From assembly GCF_001194135.2 (NCBI RefSeq), contig NC_068986.1:86160627-86224626 (forward strand): a stretch of DNA of 64,000 nucleotides, in the 5' to 3' direction. A program made the position numbers and the translations under genes. Each line of letters opens with the position of its first letter. Position 1 is the first letter of the stretch. Source of the stretch: Octopus bimaculoides. Taxonomy: Eukaryota. Below, one piece after another: positions 1 through 11,915 of the stretch. Under the pieces are notes generated by a model. That model did not search any database, was not told the origin of the DNA, and saw only the letters and a program-made list of their open reading frames with translations.

Positions 1-60
1 TCTTCTGCCCAGATTTTATTCCAAAATTCTTGCACTTCTTCTTTTGATGGGACAGACTTT

Positions 61-82
61 ATTGTTATTATTATTATTATCA

Positions 83-134
<52 letters not shown>

Positions 135-159
135 CATCATCATTATTATTATTATCATT

Positions 160-191
<32 letters not shown>

Positions 192-198
192 TATATAT
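61..198. repeat. (ATT)n microsatellite followed by (TA)n
   Basis: Direct reading of the sequence; it explains the poly-Leu ORF 44..250. Confidence 0.95.
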
Positions 199-1091
199 GT
201 ACGTATGTATATGTGTATGTATGTATGCATATTTTGAAGATGAGTTTTAGCAGAACTGTTGACGAGTTGGTTGGTTTGTATCCTGACACTGTGCATAGCT
301 CTTAACTGTTCCCTAACCTCTACACTGACAATAGTCAACTACATATATAATGAAAAAGAAAAACAATGGGAAAGAGAATGAGACAAAACATATATTATTA
401 AGCCTTATATATATTCAGCCACGCCTTTAATGACAAAAAGAGAGACTATAGTTTACATGTGTGTCTCAGTCTGCAAGTTTGTGTGTATGCATGAATGTGT
501 GTGTGTACGGGCTTGTGCGTGTGTGTGTGTGTGTGTGTGTAGATGTGTTTATATGATACACTCTATCATCCATATACTGTCAGGCAAAAGATACATATAT
601 TTGTTAATGTAGTAATGGCTAATTAAACATAGGCTATTTCCATTCATATATGATTTCCGGCACACTGATTCAAAGGTGAGTTACACGACAAGAACGAATA
701 AATAAATCCATAAATACAATTGTATTCATGTTTGTTGGTTTACGCACAGGTGTATTCACTCCAGTCCCCTACCACCTACATCTGGTTATCTTCAGTTGAC
801 CCAACACGTCCACCTTAGGAAAAAGATATAGTTATGCTTTTGTTTTTCTGCATTTTAATATCCAAAGCTTGTAATGTCACAACATATTATTTTACTGCCC
901 TTCACATATCCACACAAACACACACACCTACCTCCTCTAAATCTATGTCTACTCAACTTACCATAAACGTAGCACACTAATACTGTACCCAATCACCAAC
1001 GTCACCCCAAATCTATTTACACAGGTATTTTTTCATACATACTCATTCATTATCTCGCGCCCCACTTACTTTTTAAATACATACTTTATAA

Positions 1092-1250
1092 GTGCAGTAG
1101 TGGCTGTTTGGCAAAAAGCTTGCTTCACAACCACATGGTTCCAGGATCAGTCCCATTGCATGGCACCTTGGGTAAGTGTGTTCTACTATAGCCTCCGTCC
1201 GACCAAATGCTTTTGAGTGGATTTGGTAGATGGAAACTGAAAGAAGCCGG

Positions 1251-1295
<45 letters not shown>

Positions 1296-1522
1296 AGTAT
1301 ATGTATGTTTGTGTGACTGTTGGTCGCCTCACCATCAGTTGAAAACCGATGTTGGTATGTTTACGTCATCGTATCCTAGCGATTCGGCAAAAAGGACCGA
1401 TAGAATAAGTACTAGGCTTACAATGAATAAGTCGTGGGGTAGATTTGTTCGACTAAAGGTGGTGCTCCAGCAAGGCCACAGTCAAATGATTGGAACATGT
1501 AAATGAATAAAAGAATAACAGA
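1092..1522 (+). mobile_element. SINE-A: tRNA-headed SINE with internal (TA)n/(TG)n tract, diverged copy
   Basis: Head TGGCTGTTTGG...GGATCAGTCCC (A/B-box-like), CACCTTGGGTAAGT (CORE-like), GGATTTGGTAGATGGAAACTGAAAGAAGCC, then microsatellite, then 3' half ending GTGCTCCAGCAAGGCCACAGTCAAATGA...AATAAAAGAATA. Collinear with the copies at 14166, 19813, 23549 and 29400. Confidence 0.9.
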
Positions 1523-1604
1523 ATTATGTATGTATATATATGTGTGTGTTTATGTGTGTGTGTGTGTATTATATGCATTTATATATATATGTATGTATGT
1601 ATTA

Positions 1605-1900
1605 ATTGGTATAGTGGTTGGGGTGTTCCGCTCACGGTCGTGAAATCGCGGTTTCAATTCCTAGCCCGGGTGGTGCGTTGTTTTTGAGCCAAACACTTCA
1701 TTACACTTAGCTTCGCGGTCACTTCGACATCTGATGCGTGACACTCAGTAGACCTGTTCGGACAACGTCGATTTGATGAAGGGTCTGTGCTAATGCACAC
1801 CGCATACACTTAATCACTGTAAACAAATCATATGTGCAGGTCGTTCGGCAAAAATGCTGAACGCTCATCCGCCGTCTTCGACGGGAGAGTCCATTATATA
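1605..1900 (+). mobile_element. SINE-C: tRNA-headed SINE, diverged
   Basis: A-box-like TGGTATAGTGG, B-box-like GGTTTCAATTCC, then CGTTGTTTTTGAGCCAAACACTTCATTACAC; the head is similar to the copies at 1932 and 52181. Confidence 0.7.
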
Positions 1901-1931
1901 TAATGTATGTGTTTGTTCGCTTGTATCTGAA

Positions 1932-2110
1932 AGTGCGTAGCCTAGCGGTTAGCGTGTTCCAATCTCGATCGCGGCATTGAGTTTTCGATTCCTTTAGCGA
2001 GAGATACATCGTGTTCTTGAGAAACACGCCGCATTTCACTTTGCTATCGGTTACTTATACGCTTTGCAATTCAAGTAACCGGCCATATGAGTTCTGGTAT
2101 CCGATGTCAG
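1932..2110 (+). mobile_element. SINE-C-like head and central domain
   Basis: TAGCCTAGCGG (A box), GTTTTCGATTCC (B box), CATCGTGTTCTTGAGAAACACG central motif. Confidence 0.6.
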
Positions 2111-2299
2111 TAATGTCATGAGAACGTACTCTCTGTCTCTGTCTCTGTCTCACCCTCTCTTTTCCTCTCTCTCTATCTGTCTATCTATCCACACACACAC
2201 TCACACACACATATATATATATATGTTCAGAAATATATATGTGTGTATGTGTATATGCGTGTGACACGTACTCTCTGTCCCTTTTCTGTAGCAATTAAC

Positions 2300-2422
2300 T
2301 TCTACAGTTTCTGTCAACCAGATTTATTCTCAATTTATCAAACAAAGAGGAGGATTGTGGAACTGATCCAAAACTTCGTGGTTACCAATCGATCTTCTTA
2401 AACGTAAAGCCATATACTCGCC
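2300..2422 (-). mobile_element. SINE-A 5' half, highly degenerate
   Basis: The reverse complement aligns loosely with the SINE-A head (plus strand reads GGAACTGATCCAAAACTTCGTGGTT, CAGTTTCTGTCAACCAGATT). Confidence 0.5.
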
Positions 2423-2508
2423 AAAACTACAAATTACAGGATATGAACCTTAACAATAGAAAACATTCGAGTTTTTGGAGCGTATCTATGAATTGTAAGA
2501 GTCTCAAA

Positions 2509-2540
2509 CAAGGGTGTCCGACACGCACCCGCTGGGCATT
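2509..2540 (+). mobile_element. Possible hAT-like terminal sequence (one end only)
   Basis: CAAGGGTGTCCGACACGCACCCGCTGGGC resembles CAGGGGTGTCCAAC..GCGGCCCGCGGGC-type hAT termini; no partner end found. Confidence 0.25.
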
Positions 2541-2629
2541 TGTGCTACGACTACTGTAATATTGAATATCAAATACACGGTAATAAAATAAAATTTCAAT
2601 TTGTTTAGAACATCTACAGACATATAAAT

Positions 2630-2800
2630 TTCATAGAACAAGGGCCAGCAATTTGGGGAGAGTGGGTATGTCAATTACATCAACCAGATTTTCAACTGGT
2701 TCTTATTTTATCGACACCGAAAGGATGAAAGACAAAGTCGGCCTCGGTGGTATTAGAACTCTGAACGTACAGACGAACGAAAAACTGCTCAGTTCGTTGC
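2630..2800 (-). mobile_element. SINE-B: tRNA-headed SINE with Nin/Deu-like core
   Basis: Plus strand TTTTATCGACACCGAAAGGATGAAAGACAAAGTCGGCCTCGG is the reverse complement of the SINE-B core GTCGACTTTGCCTTTCATCCTTTCGGGGTCGATAAA. Confidence 0.85.
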
Positions 2801-2862
2801 TCAGCTGAAAAGTTCATAGGCCAACCAAGATACTCTCTTGATATGTGACCAAATGAGTTTCA

Positions 2863-3898
2863 TTATTCAATATAATCCTCCATGTAGTCCACACATTTCT
2901 TTCATTGTGCTGTAGTGCTTGAATCTCATGTGTAGAGAAGTTGTCATCCTTTTGGTCAAAAAGGCATCAACAGCAGATATGACGTCATCTTCCATGAGAT
3001 ACTCATTGTCACCCAAGTAACTGTTTTATGTTGTTGGACAGATGATAGTCAGATGGGGTTCAAATCAGAATAGGGATTTGAAACTCGGCAGATTTTGAAA
3101 CTCTGGACTTGTGCGGTAGAGTATTGACCAGTTGTCCAGGGCGTTTGGTTAACTTTCGTAACTACCCAAACTAGCTAACATAGTACTCTCAATTGATGGT
3201 GTGGCCCTTTTCAAGATAATCAATTAAAACAATGCCTTTTGCATCTGAAAAGCACTGAAGACGTTACCAACCCTGCAGATGAAACGACATTGGCCTTCTT
3301 TGGAAGAGGTGAGGATGGGTGTTTCGAATGCATGGGCTGTCTCTTTGTCTCTGGTTTAAATTGATGAACCCAACACTCTTCCTGGGTTAGGAAATGTTCA
3401 AAATGTTCAAGGAAACCAGCTGGATCTGCTTCAAGCAATGTCATATTTTCCGGTATCTTGAACAGCCTAGTAATCTTTTGGTCAAGTGTAAGAAAACCTT
3501 CGTCATGCCAAGCAACTACCTTCCTCATGCCATGCAGCTACCTTCATCATACCAAGAAGCTTCCTTCGTCATGCTAAGTTCATTTTGCACAATATTTTCA
3601 ACTCTTCACGGGAACATATTAATAGCATTGGCTATTTGATTCGTAATCAGTCGCCTGTCATCTATCACCAACGCGGTGAGCACAATCAATGTTTTCGTGG
3701 GTACTGGCAGTTGCAGAAAGTCCAGACCGTGTATCATCTTCAAGACTCTCCCGTCCCTCTTAAATTCTCCTCCCAGTTTTGCTCTGCTGATAAAGCTGAA
3801 GCAACAACGTCAGAATCAATATCAATCAATATCATTGGATGCTAAGCCCTTTTTTTTTGCAAGTATTTGATATCACCACTATGTCAAATTTTGTTCAT
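2863..3898 (-). pseudogene. Decayed mariner (DD34D-type) transposase
   Basis: Minus-strand translation gives MNKI*HSGDIKYLQKK..., FLTQEECWVHQFKPETKRQ...HPSSPLPKKANVVSSAG and a C-terminal SDYH...EDDVISAVDAF...IQALQH...DYIE*, with stops and frameshifts. A TIR-like TCAGCTGAAAAGTTCATAGGC lies at about 2801-2821. Confidence 0.9.
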
Positions 3899-4439
3899 TT
3901 CAAGAAAAATCGTTGTTAGTTACTTTTGAAGTGTTCTTTGAACAGTTAGATGTCAGTTTACCTGGAATAAAATAAAGCAGTTATTAATAAGATGGATGCA
4001 TACAATATTTAATAGCATGTTGACCAACGTTCAAATTATACAGTCAATATACAGCCCTAATCAACATAAAAATTCTTTGCTTAATTTCAGGTAGGCGCTA
4101 AGTCGATTAAGAAACGAACCCACCTTTTCTGTATTAATATTTCATTACCAGAACATATTCACAACATGATAACTCTAAATGATTGCTCCCTTTACAAGAA
4201 GTAACAGCCAAATAACCTTCAGTCCATGTAGTTACTGGGTGAGGTTGCGAAGGTCATGAACAGAGTTGCTTTCTACAACCATTAACCATGAACAAAACAA
4301 CAAGGAAAAAAAGTTCTTTGAAACTCCTCAACAATATATCACATTGAAGAATCCCTCTTTTATTTGGTTTCTTACATAAGAGAAACCCAAACAATCCATC
4401 AGAATGTGGCAAAGATTGTTTGCATTGTCCTATAATGTT

Positions 4440-5340
4440 TTGATTTACGTCTAAAAGATATTCTTTGTTCGTATATAGTGCTAGTGCGGACGGTCATTGT
4501 TAGCAGACGACGTGGTCTTCAAGAGGTCCTGACATAGTCTACCAACTTCAGGAGGTCTTGACAGAGTAAATCAATTTTGATCTCAAAGTGTTCCTTAACG
4601 AGTGGTGGTTTGTTGAACTCTCTTTCATAAGGGAATGCTTTAATAACTCTGTCATGGTCACCGTGGCGGTCTTTTGCTGTTGAGACTCTGTGTCCATAGT
4701 AGCGCGTATGACTTTCTGCAAATAGATATTGTGACGGTTTTTTCCTGGAGTTTCCGGTGACAAAATATTTGAGGCCTTTCCGCAGTGTGATCTTTTTTTC
4801 CTGGACGAGTGTTCTAGTTAGATCAATGACTAGTTGGTCGCATCTGTCTCTATCAAGTTGGTGTGTGTTGTTAAAGTGGTGTGGCGTGAGTGGGTGGTAC
4901 GTGTTGTTTCCATACCTGGATGGTTGTGTGTCTGGTGTACGGTCAATGGTATAGGTGTTCGAATTTGACGTTGGATTTATGCTAGTATCGTCTACGCTAT
5001 GCTTGATTGATGTATCTGACGCGGTGTCTGTCGTACTGCTGGCTGAGTATAGGTATAGCTACGATCTTAGCTTTGAGGTGACGGAGTTCGTTGCATTTCT
5101 CGCGGATCATTTTGCTGAAGCTGTATTTGGTGATAATATCACAGGGTCTGTGGGATGTGACAGGAAAAATATAGGCATTTAAACGAGTGTGGGATTAGGT
5201 TATGCAGTCTACGTTTCTTTAGGAATTCAGCCTGTCAATACGTTCTTTCGCGCTTATCAACGAGGTTACAGCAATCGTTAATGAGGAGATACGTAGCCTG
5301 GCTGGTGCTGGTGAGGACAATGTGTTGGTGTATCTCAGGC
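4440..5340 (-). mobile_element. Penelope-like retroelement, N-terminal ORF remnant
   Basis: Minus strand 4830-4759 reads VIDLTRTLVQEKKITLRKGLKYFV, similar to the V(I/V)NLS..LT..E..vL.KGL.F motif that precedes Penelope RT. Upstream reads QAEFLKKRRLHNLIPHSF. Many stops. Confidence 0.5.
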
Positions 5341-6002
5341 AACGTAGTTATGATATAGTAGAGAAGGACAACAGGGTAACGATGTTTGTAGGAGAAGTTA
5401 GGAAGGAAAAGTAAAACTATAAAAGAGGAGGATGAAATAATGTAGCTGAAAAATTAAGGGCAGTTTAGGGAAGTTAAAAGAAGTTAAAAACAATTAAGAA
5501 CAACACAAGAAAAGACGAACAGAAAATTAGAAAATGATTCTTCTTCCTGTTTTAAGAAATCTCAAACAAAAATCCTTGTTTACTTTATCTTCTTGTTACC
5601 CTTTTGTCCTTCTGTACTGTTGTTATCATATAATATTTATGAACCTTAATGGAAATATATTCGTGTGACAAGTGCGACGAAAATTTATGGTAAAGCATGA
5701 AGAGACACTTTTAGATTAAACTGTTTTCCATAAGTGGTACCAACTGGTAGAAAGATCCATCACGTTCCTGCCTTACTTTTTTTTATGTATTGAATAGGGT
5801 TAGCAGAGCCGACGCATTTTTTCGTTGCTATCACACCATTTCCATTTGTCTATGCTTCTTGTTGCACCTTTCTTACTGAAATTGTAACTTTTAGGGTGAT
5901 GGCATAGAGCTTACATCATTTATGAATTATAATGAAAATTTATTTCTAAGACCAGAGCTTCGCCTACAAGATTCTGCAAGCGCAAATAGAAGTATTGCAT
6001 TT

Positions 6003-6057
<55 letters not shown>

Positions 6058-7091
6058 NNNNNNNNNNNNNNNNNNNNNNNNNNNNNNNNNNNNNNNNNNN
6101 NNNNNNNNNNNNNNNNNNNNNNNNNNNNNNNNNNNNNNNNNNNNNNNNNNNNNNNNNNNNNNNNNNNNNNNNNNNNNNNNNNNNNNNNNNNNNNNNNNNN
6201 NNNNNNNNNNNNNNNNNNNNNNNNNNNNNNNNNNNNNNNNNNNNNNNNNNNNNNNNNNNNNNNNNNNNNNNNNNNNNNNNNNNNNNNNNNNNNNNNNNNN
6301 NNNNNNNNNNNNNNNNNNNNNNNNNNNNNNNNNNNNNNNNNNNNNNNNNNNNNNNNNNNNNNNNNNNNNNNNNNNNNNNNNNNNNNNNNNNNNNNNNNNN
6401 NNNNNNNNNNNNNNNNNNNNNNNNNNNNNNNNNNNNNNNNNNNNNNNNNNNNNNNNNNNNNNNNNNNNNNNNNNNNNNNNNNNNNNNNNNNNNNNNNNNN
6501 NNNNNNNNNNNNNNNNNNNNNNNNNNNNNNNNNNNNNNNNNNNNNNNNNNNNNNNNNNNNNNNNNNNNNNNNNNNNNNNNNNNNNNNNNNNNNNNNNNNN
6601 NNNNNNNNNNNNNNNNNNNNNNNNNNNNNNNNNNNNNNNNNNNNNNNNNNNNNNNNNNNNNNNNNNNNNNNNNNNNNNNNNNNNNNNNNNNNNNNNNNNN
6701 NNNNNNNNNNNNNNNNNNNNNNNNNNNNNNNNNNNNNNNNNNNNNNNNNNNNNNNNNNNNNNNNNNNNNNNNNNNNNNNNNNNNNNNNNNNNNNNNNNNN
6801 NNNNNNNNNNNNNNNNNNNNNNNNNNNNNNNNNNNNNNNNNNNNNNNNNNNNNNNNNNNNNNNNNNNNNNNNNNNNNNNNNNNNNNNNNNNNNNNNNNNN
6901 NNNNNNNNNNNNNNNNNNNNNNNNNNNNNNNNNNNNNNNNNNNNNNNNNNNNNNNNNNNNNNNNNNNNNNNNNNNNTTCTTCCCATTCTCCCTTCCTCTT
7001 CCCCACTCCTCTTCGTCGTCGTCGTCGTCGTCGTCGTCATCATCATCATCATCATCATCCTCATCATCGTCGTCGTCGTCGTCATCATCAA

Positions 7092-7250
7092 GTCGATGAG
7101 CTGGCAAATACCGTTAGCCCTTCGGATTTAATGCTTCGCGTCGTTTTTACTGGCTTGTTTTCTAAGTTCAAATTCCATCGAGGTCGACGTTGCTATTCAT
7201 TCTTTTACTGGCGATAAGATAAGTTCCTGTTCAGCCATTGGGCGATGAAA
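7092..7250 (+). mobile_element. SINE-B, diverged
   Basis: GATGAGCTGGCAAATACCGTTAGC head, AAGTTCAAATTCCATCGAGGTCGAC B-box and core; it follows a (CGT)n/(CAT)n tract. Confidence 0.75.
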
Positions 7251-7555
7251 TGGGCTTCTTTTTCCTCTTTGTGCCAAAATTTGAATCCATCATCAACATC
7301 AGCAGCATAATTATCATCATCAGTTATATACATATAGTTACACACACGCACGACGCACATATAGACTGATAGATAGATAGATAGAATAGATAGATAGATA
7401 GATAGATACATACATACATACATACATACATACATAAATAGATCAACAACTGGTCAACAATTAAGATATGCCTCTGCCCCCCCCCCCTCGAGACCACCTG
7501 AACTTGTGTCGCAGAGGTAGAAATCATGTTCTAAACGGCAAACAAAATACAGTTT

Positions 7556-7626
7556 ACAAACATGTCTACAAAAATGGAGAAACATGTCTACAAAACTTGT
7601 CTGCATGGAGAAACTTGTCTACAAAA
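7556..7626. repeat. Short minisatellite of AAAC(A/T)TGTCT(A/G)CA units
   Basis: Four imperfect copies, two preceded by TGGAG. Confidence 0.7.
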
Positions 7627-8354
7627 ATAAAGCACGAGAGGACTTCGACGGGGGATGTGCATCTCAGCATCAATGCACCTACACTATCAANNNNNNNNNN
7701 NNNNNNNNNNNNNNNNNNNNNNNNNNNNNNNNNNNNNNNNNNNNNNNNNNNNNNNNNNNNNNNNNNNNNNNNNNNNNNNNNNNNNNNNNNNNNNNNNNNN
7801 NNNNNNNNNNNNNNNNNNNNNNNNNNNNNNNNNNNNNNNNNNNNNNNNNNNNNNNNNNNNNNNNNNNNNNNNNNNNNNNNNNNNNNNNNNNNNNNNNNNN
7901 NNNNNNNNNNNNNNNNNNNNNNNNNNNNNNNNNNNNNNNNNNNNNNNNNNNNNNNNNNNNNNNNNNNNNNNNNNNNNNNNNNNNNNNNNNNNNNNNNNNN
8001 NNNNNNNNNNNNNNNNNNNNNNNNNNNNNNNNNNNNNNNNNNNNNNNNNNNNNNNNNNNNNNNNNNNNNNNNNNNNNNNNNNNNNNNNNNNNNNNNNNNN
8101 NNNNNNNNNNNNNNNNNNNNNNNNNNNNNNNNNNNNNNNNNNNNNNNNNNNNNNNNNNNNNNNNNNNNNNNNNNNNNNNNNNNNNNNNNNNNNNNNNNNN
8201 NNNNNNNNNNNNNNNNNNNNNNNNNNNNNNNNNNNNNNNNNNNNNNNNNNNNNNNNNNNNNNNNNNNNNNNNNNNNNNNNNNNNNNNNNNNNNNNNNNNN
8301 NNNNNNNNNNNNNNNTATATATATATATATGTATGTATGTATGTATGTATATGT

Positions 8355-8572
8355 ATGTTTGTTTGTCTGTGTTTGTCCCCCCACCACCACTGCTTTACAT
8401 CCGATGCTGGTGTGTTTACGTTCCCGTAACATAGCGTTTCAACAAAAGAGGCCGATAGAATAAATACTAGGCTTACAAAGAATAAGTCCAGGGGTCGATT
8501 TGTTCGACTAAATGATGGTGCTCCAGCATGACCGCAGTAAAATGACTTAAAGAAATAAAAGAATAAAAGAAC
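8355..8572 (+). mobile_element. SINE-A 3' half (5' half lost in the gap)
   Basis: GTGTTTGTCCCCC...GATGCTGGTGTGTTTACG...GGTGCTCCAGCATGACCGCAGT...AATAAAAGAATAAAAGAA. Confidence 0.85.
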
Positions 8573-8847
8573 ATATATCAACATGCAACCATCACATAAA
8601 ATATAGTTTCCTCATATGTACAAATAGCAGACCAACACAAGAAAATGTCTGAAAATAAATACAGCGCTCGAAAAAACATATCTTGAAAGAATGGGATACT
8701 TCTAAAAAAGAATATCAATAAACTATTGTACAAAGATTTCCTTCTGGAAATACTTACAAGCAGCTGGAGAGAATGGAGGGAAGGATCACTTGTTCTTTCA
8801 CAAGTATATTATAAGTGTGCCTTTTCACTTTCTTCAATCTCTCAAGT

Positions 8848-9855
8848 ATGGTCTGACTTAGAAAAGACTGTTTCAGTGCATGTGTCCTGGGGTTGGTTGA
8901 GAGCTGCATCATCTACTCAACGATTTCAAATCCTTAAACATAGATTTGGTAACCCTCAAGGAGAACAGGATTTTACATCATTGGAGGATAACGGTGCTGT
9001 GTATTTTTCGTAAGGATCTAAATCCTACGATAAAGAATATCTACTCTGTACCAGGAGGTAAGTTTATAGTATCGTATGTGACCAGCAGCGAAGGTCATGT
9101 CATCGTATTAGTAGCTATCTGGCTACAACAAGAGACTTTAAACTTCCGGCTTTTAAACGTGTTCCTAGGGACATTCTTTCGATACGACCGCCATTTTAGA
9201 TGCATACTTGGGACTTGCGAAACTTAGAAGAAGTTATTAAGAAAGCCTTTACAAACTACACTTTAGCAGTTGTCCGAGTCTTCAACGCCAAGCAACGAAG
9301 CTGCATCGTCAGGCCTAAGATCACTTGATGAATCAAAGTGGCAGCAAAACTGCAATTTGGTCTTTGGTGGACCACCGACATCGTTCCTTTTCAGCGATAA
9401 TTTGCTCGATTTTTCTGGACAAATGACAAGCCACATCGAAGGATAGTTTCTAATGTTTACATCTACGGCCTGATGTGACTCAGAAGCCGGTATAGATCAC
9501 GCACGTCCAAGTTTCTGTGCGATGTTTCTCAATGTTTTATGTTTTCGTATTAGCAGTTTCAGAATCAGCAAGCATGCTCCCAGTGAATGAGCATGCGCAT
9601 GTAGACTGCAAAAAGACAACTAGGGGAGAACAATTTCCTGAGTGGTCAGGTTGACGTAGTTTTATGGTGATTGCCCGATTCGCCATCATAAGTCTACCGC
9701 AATTTGTAGAATTATTTTTGTTTAAATTTCTAATTTTGTAATTTTCTTTGTATCTGTTATTTTCTTTTTTAAACACTTTTTTATGTAATCCCACACCGTT
9801 TGGTACTGTGCCATCCTCGATGTTGTTGTCAACCCTTGGTGGTTAACAAATAAAA
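8848..9855 (+). mobile_element. Decayed L1/Tx1-like LINE: AP-endonuclease remnant joined directly to a 3' UTR
   Basis: Translation gives LLNDFKSLNIDLVTLKE...CIFRKDLNPTIKNIYSVPGGKFIVSYVTSSEGHVIVLVAI...LNVFLGT...DTTAILDAYLG (APE-like, similar to GD.NAILD). A T-rich UTR follows, ending CAACCCTTGGTGGTTAACAAATAAAAC plus (ATT)n. Confidence 0.55.
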
Positions 9856-9889
<34 letters not shown>

Positions 9890-9893
9890 GTTA

Positions 9894-9943
<50 letters not shown>

Positions 9944-9960
9944 GTTGTTGTTGTTGTCGC

Positions 9961-9996
<36 letters not shown>

Positions 9997-10039
9997 TGAT
10001 GATGATGATGATGATGATATTTTTATTATTAATACTATT

Positions 10040-10089
<50 letters not shown>

Positions 10090-10119
10090 TATTGTTATTG
10101 TTTCTGTTCTTGTCGTTGC

Positions 10120-10188
<69 letters not shown>

Positions 10189-10200
10189 CATCATTATTTT
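9856..10200. repeat. Compound trinucleotide microsatellite (ATT/GTT/GAT/CAT/ATT)
   Basis: Direct reading; source of the poly-N/L/I ORFs in the track. Confidence 0.95.
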
Positions 10201-10794
10201 TATTATTATTTTTCCTCATATTTTTTTCCAATTCTACTCTTTTTACTTGTATATCTACTCCTACATTTTTCTTTTATTCTTTCCTACTTATTTCTTCGTC
10301 GCTGCCATCCTGGTTGTTTTTGTCGTTGTCAAAAGTCGTCTATGATTTTGAGTAGAAAACTGAGAAGCTTTAAGAAATTTACTCACAAAAGAAAAACACG
10401 AATTTAAGAAGAGGACGTTGTTGGCATGAAATAGCTACAGCTGTGTGCTTCTAGTTGAATAGACATAAGCAAAACAACATGTCCGTTAGTATTTGATAAA
10501 ATGGCCGCCGAATGGGGCGATTAGATTACAAACCAACAAATCGCTAGTGTAGGAAATAAAGAGGTTATCTTAAGACAAATTTTTACCCACGCTCACGTAC
10601 TCACGCCCACATACATACAAATATATATATGGAGATGAATACATACATGCAGACATATACATATGAAATATATACATATTTAAGCGTAAGTGCCTGCGTG
10701 TGTGTATATGTGCGTGTGTGAGTGTATATCTATCTACCTATCTATCTATCTATCTATGTATCTATCTACCTATCTATCTATCTATATTATATTA

Positions 10795-10885
<91 letters not shown>

Positions 10886-11880
10886 NNNNNNNNNNNNNNN
10901 NNNNNNNNNNNNNNNNNNNNNNNNNNNNNNNNNNNNNNNNNNNNNNNNNNNNNNNNNNNNNNNNNNNNNNNNNNNNNNNNNNNNNNNNNNNNNNNNNNNN
11001 NNNNNNNNNNNNNNNNNNNNNNNNNNNNNNNNNNNNNNNNNNNNNNNNNNNNNNNNNNNNNNNNNNNNNNNNNNNNNNNNNNNNNNNNNNNNNNNNNNNN
11101 NNNNNNNNNNNNNNNNNNNNNNNNNNNNNNNNNNNNNNNNNNNNNNNNNNNNNNNNNNNNNNNNNNNNNNNNNNNNNNNNNNNNNNNNNNNNNNNNNNNN
11201 NNNNNNNNNNNNNNNNNNNNNNNNNNNNNNNNNNNNNNNNNNNNNNNNNNNNNNNNNNNNNNNNNNNNNNNNNNNNNNNNNNNNNNNNNNNNNNNNNNNN
11301 NNNNNNNNNNNNNNNNNNNNNNNNNNNNNNNNNNNNNNNNNNNNNNNNNNNNNNNNNNNNNNNNNNNNNNNNNNNNNNNNNNNNNNNNNNNNNNNNNNNN
11401 NNNNNNNNNNNNNNNNNNNNNNNNNNNNNNNNNNNNNNNNNNNNNNNNNNNNNNNNNNNNNNNNNNNNNNNNNNNNNNNNNNNNNNNNNNNNNNNNNNNN
11501 NNNNNNNNNNNNNNNNNNNNNNNNNNNNNNNNNNNNNNNNNNNNNNNNNNNNNNNNNNNNNNNNNNNNNNNNNNNNNNNNNNNNNNNNNNNNNNNNNNNN
11601 NNNNNNNNNNNNNNNNNNNNNNNNNNNNNNNNNNNNNNNNNNNNNNNNNNNNNNNNNNNNNNNNNNNNNNNNNNNNNNNNNNNNNNNNNNNNNNNNNNNN
11701 NNNNNNNNNNNNNNNNNNNNNNNNNNNNNNNNNNNNNNNNNNNNNNNNNNNNNNNNNNNNNNNNNNNNNNNNNNNNNNNNNNNNTATATATATATGCATG
11801 TGTATACATATATATACGTACATGTGCACATATATATGTATAGGATGTTTATATACATATAATGTGTGTATATGTTTGTG

Positions 11881-11915
<35 letters not shown>

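Noticed and set aside
9722-10355. Poly-N/L/I ORFs (also 16404-16774 and 51003-51610)
   Set aside because: They are translations of trinucleotide microsatellites.
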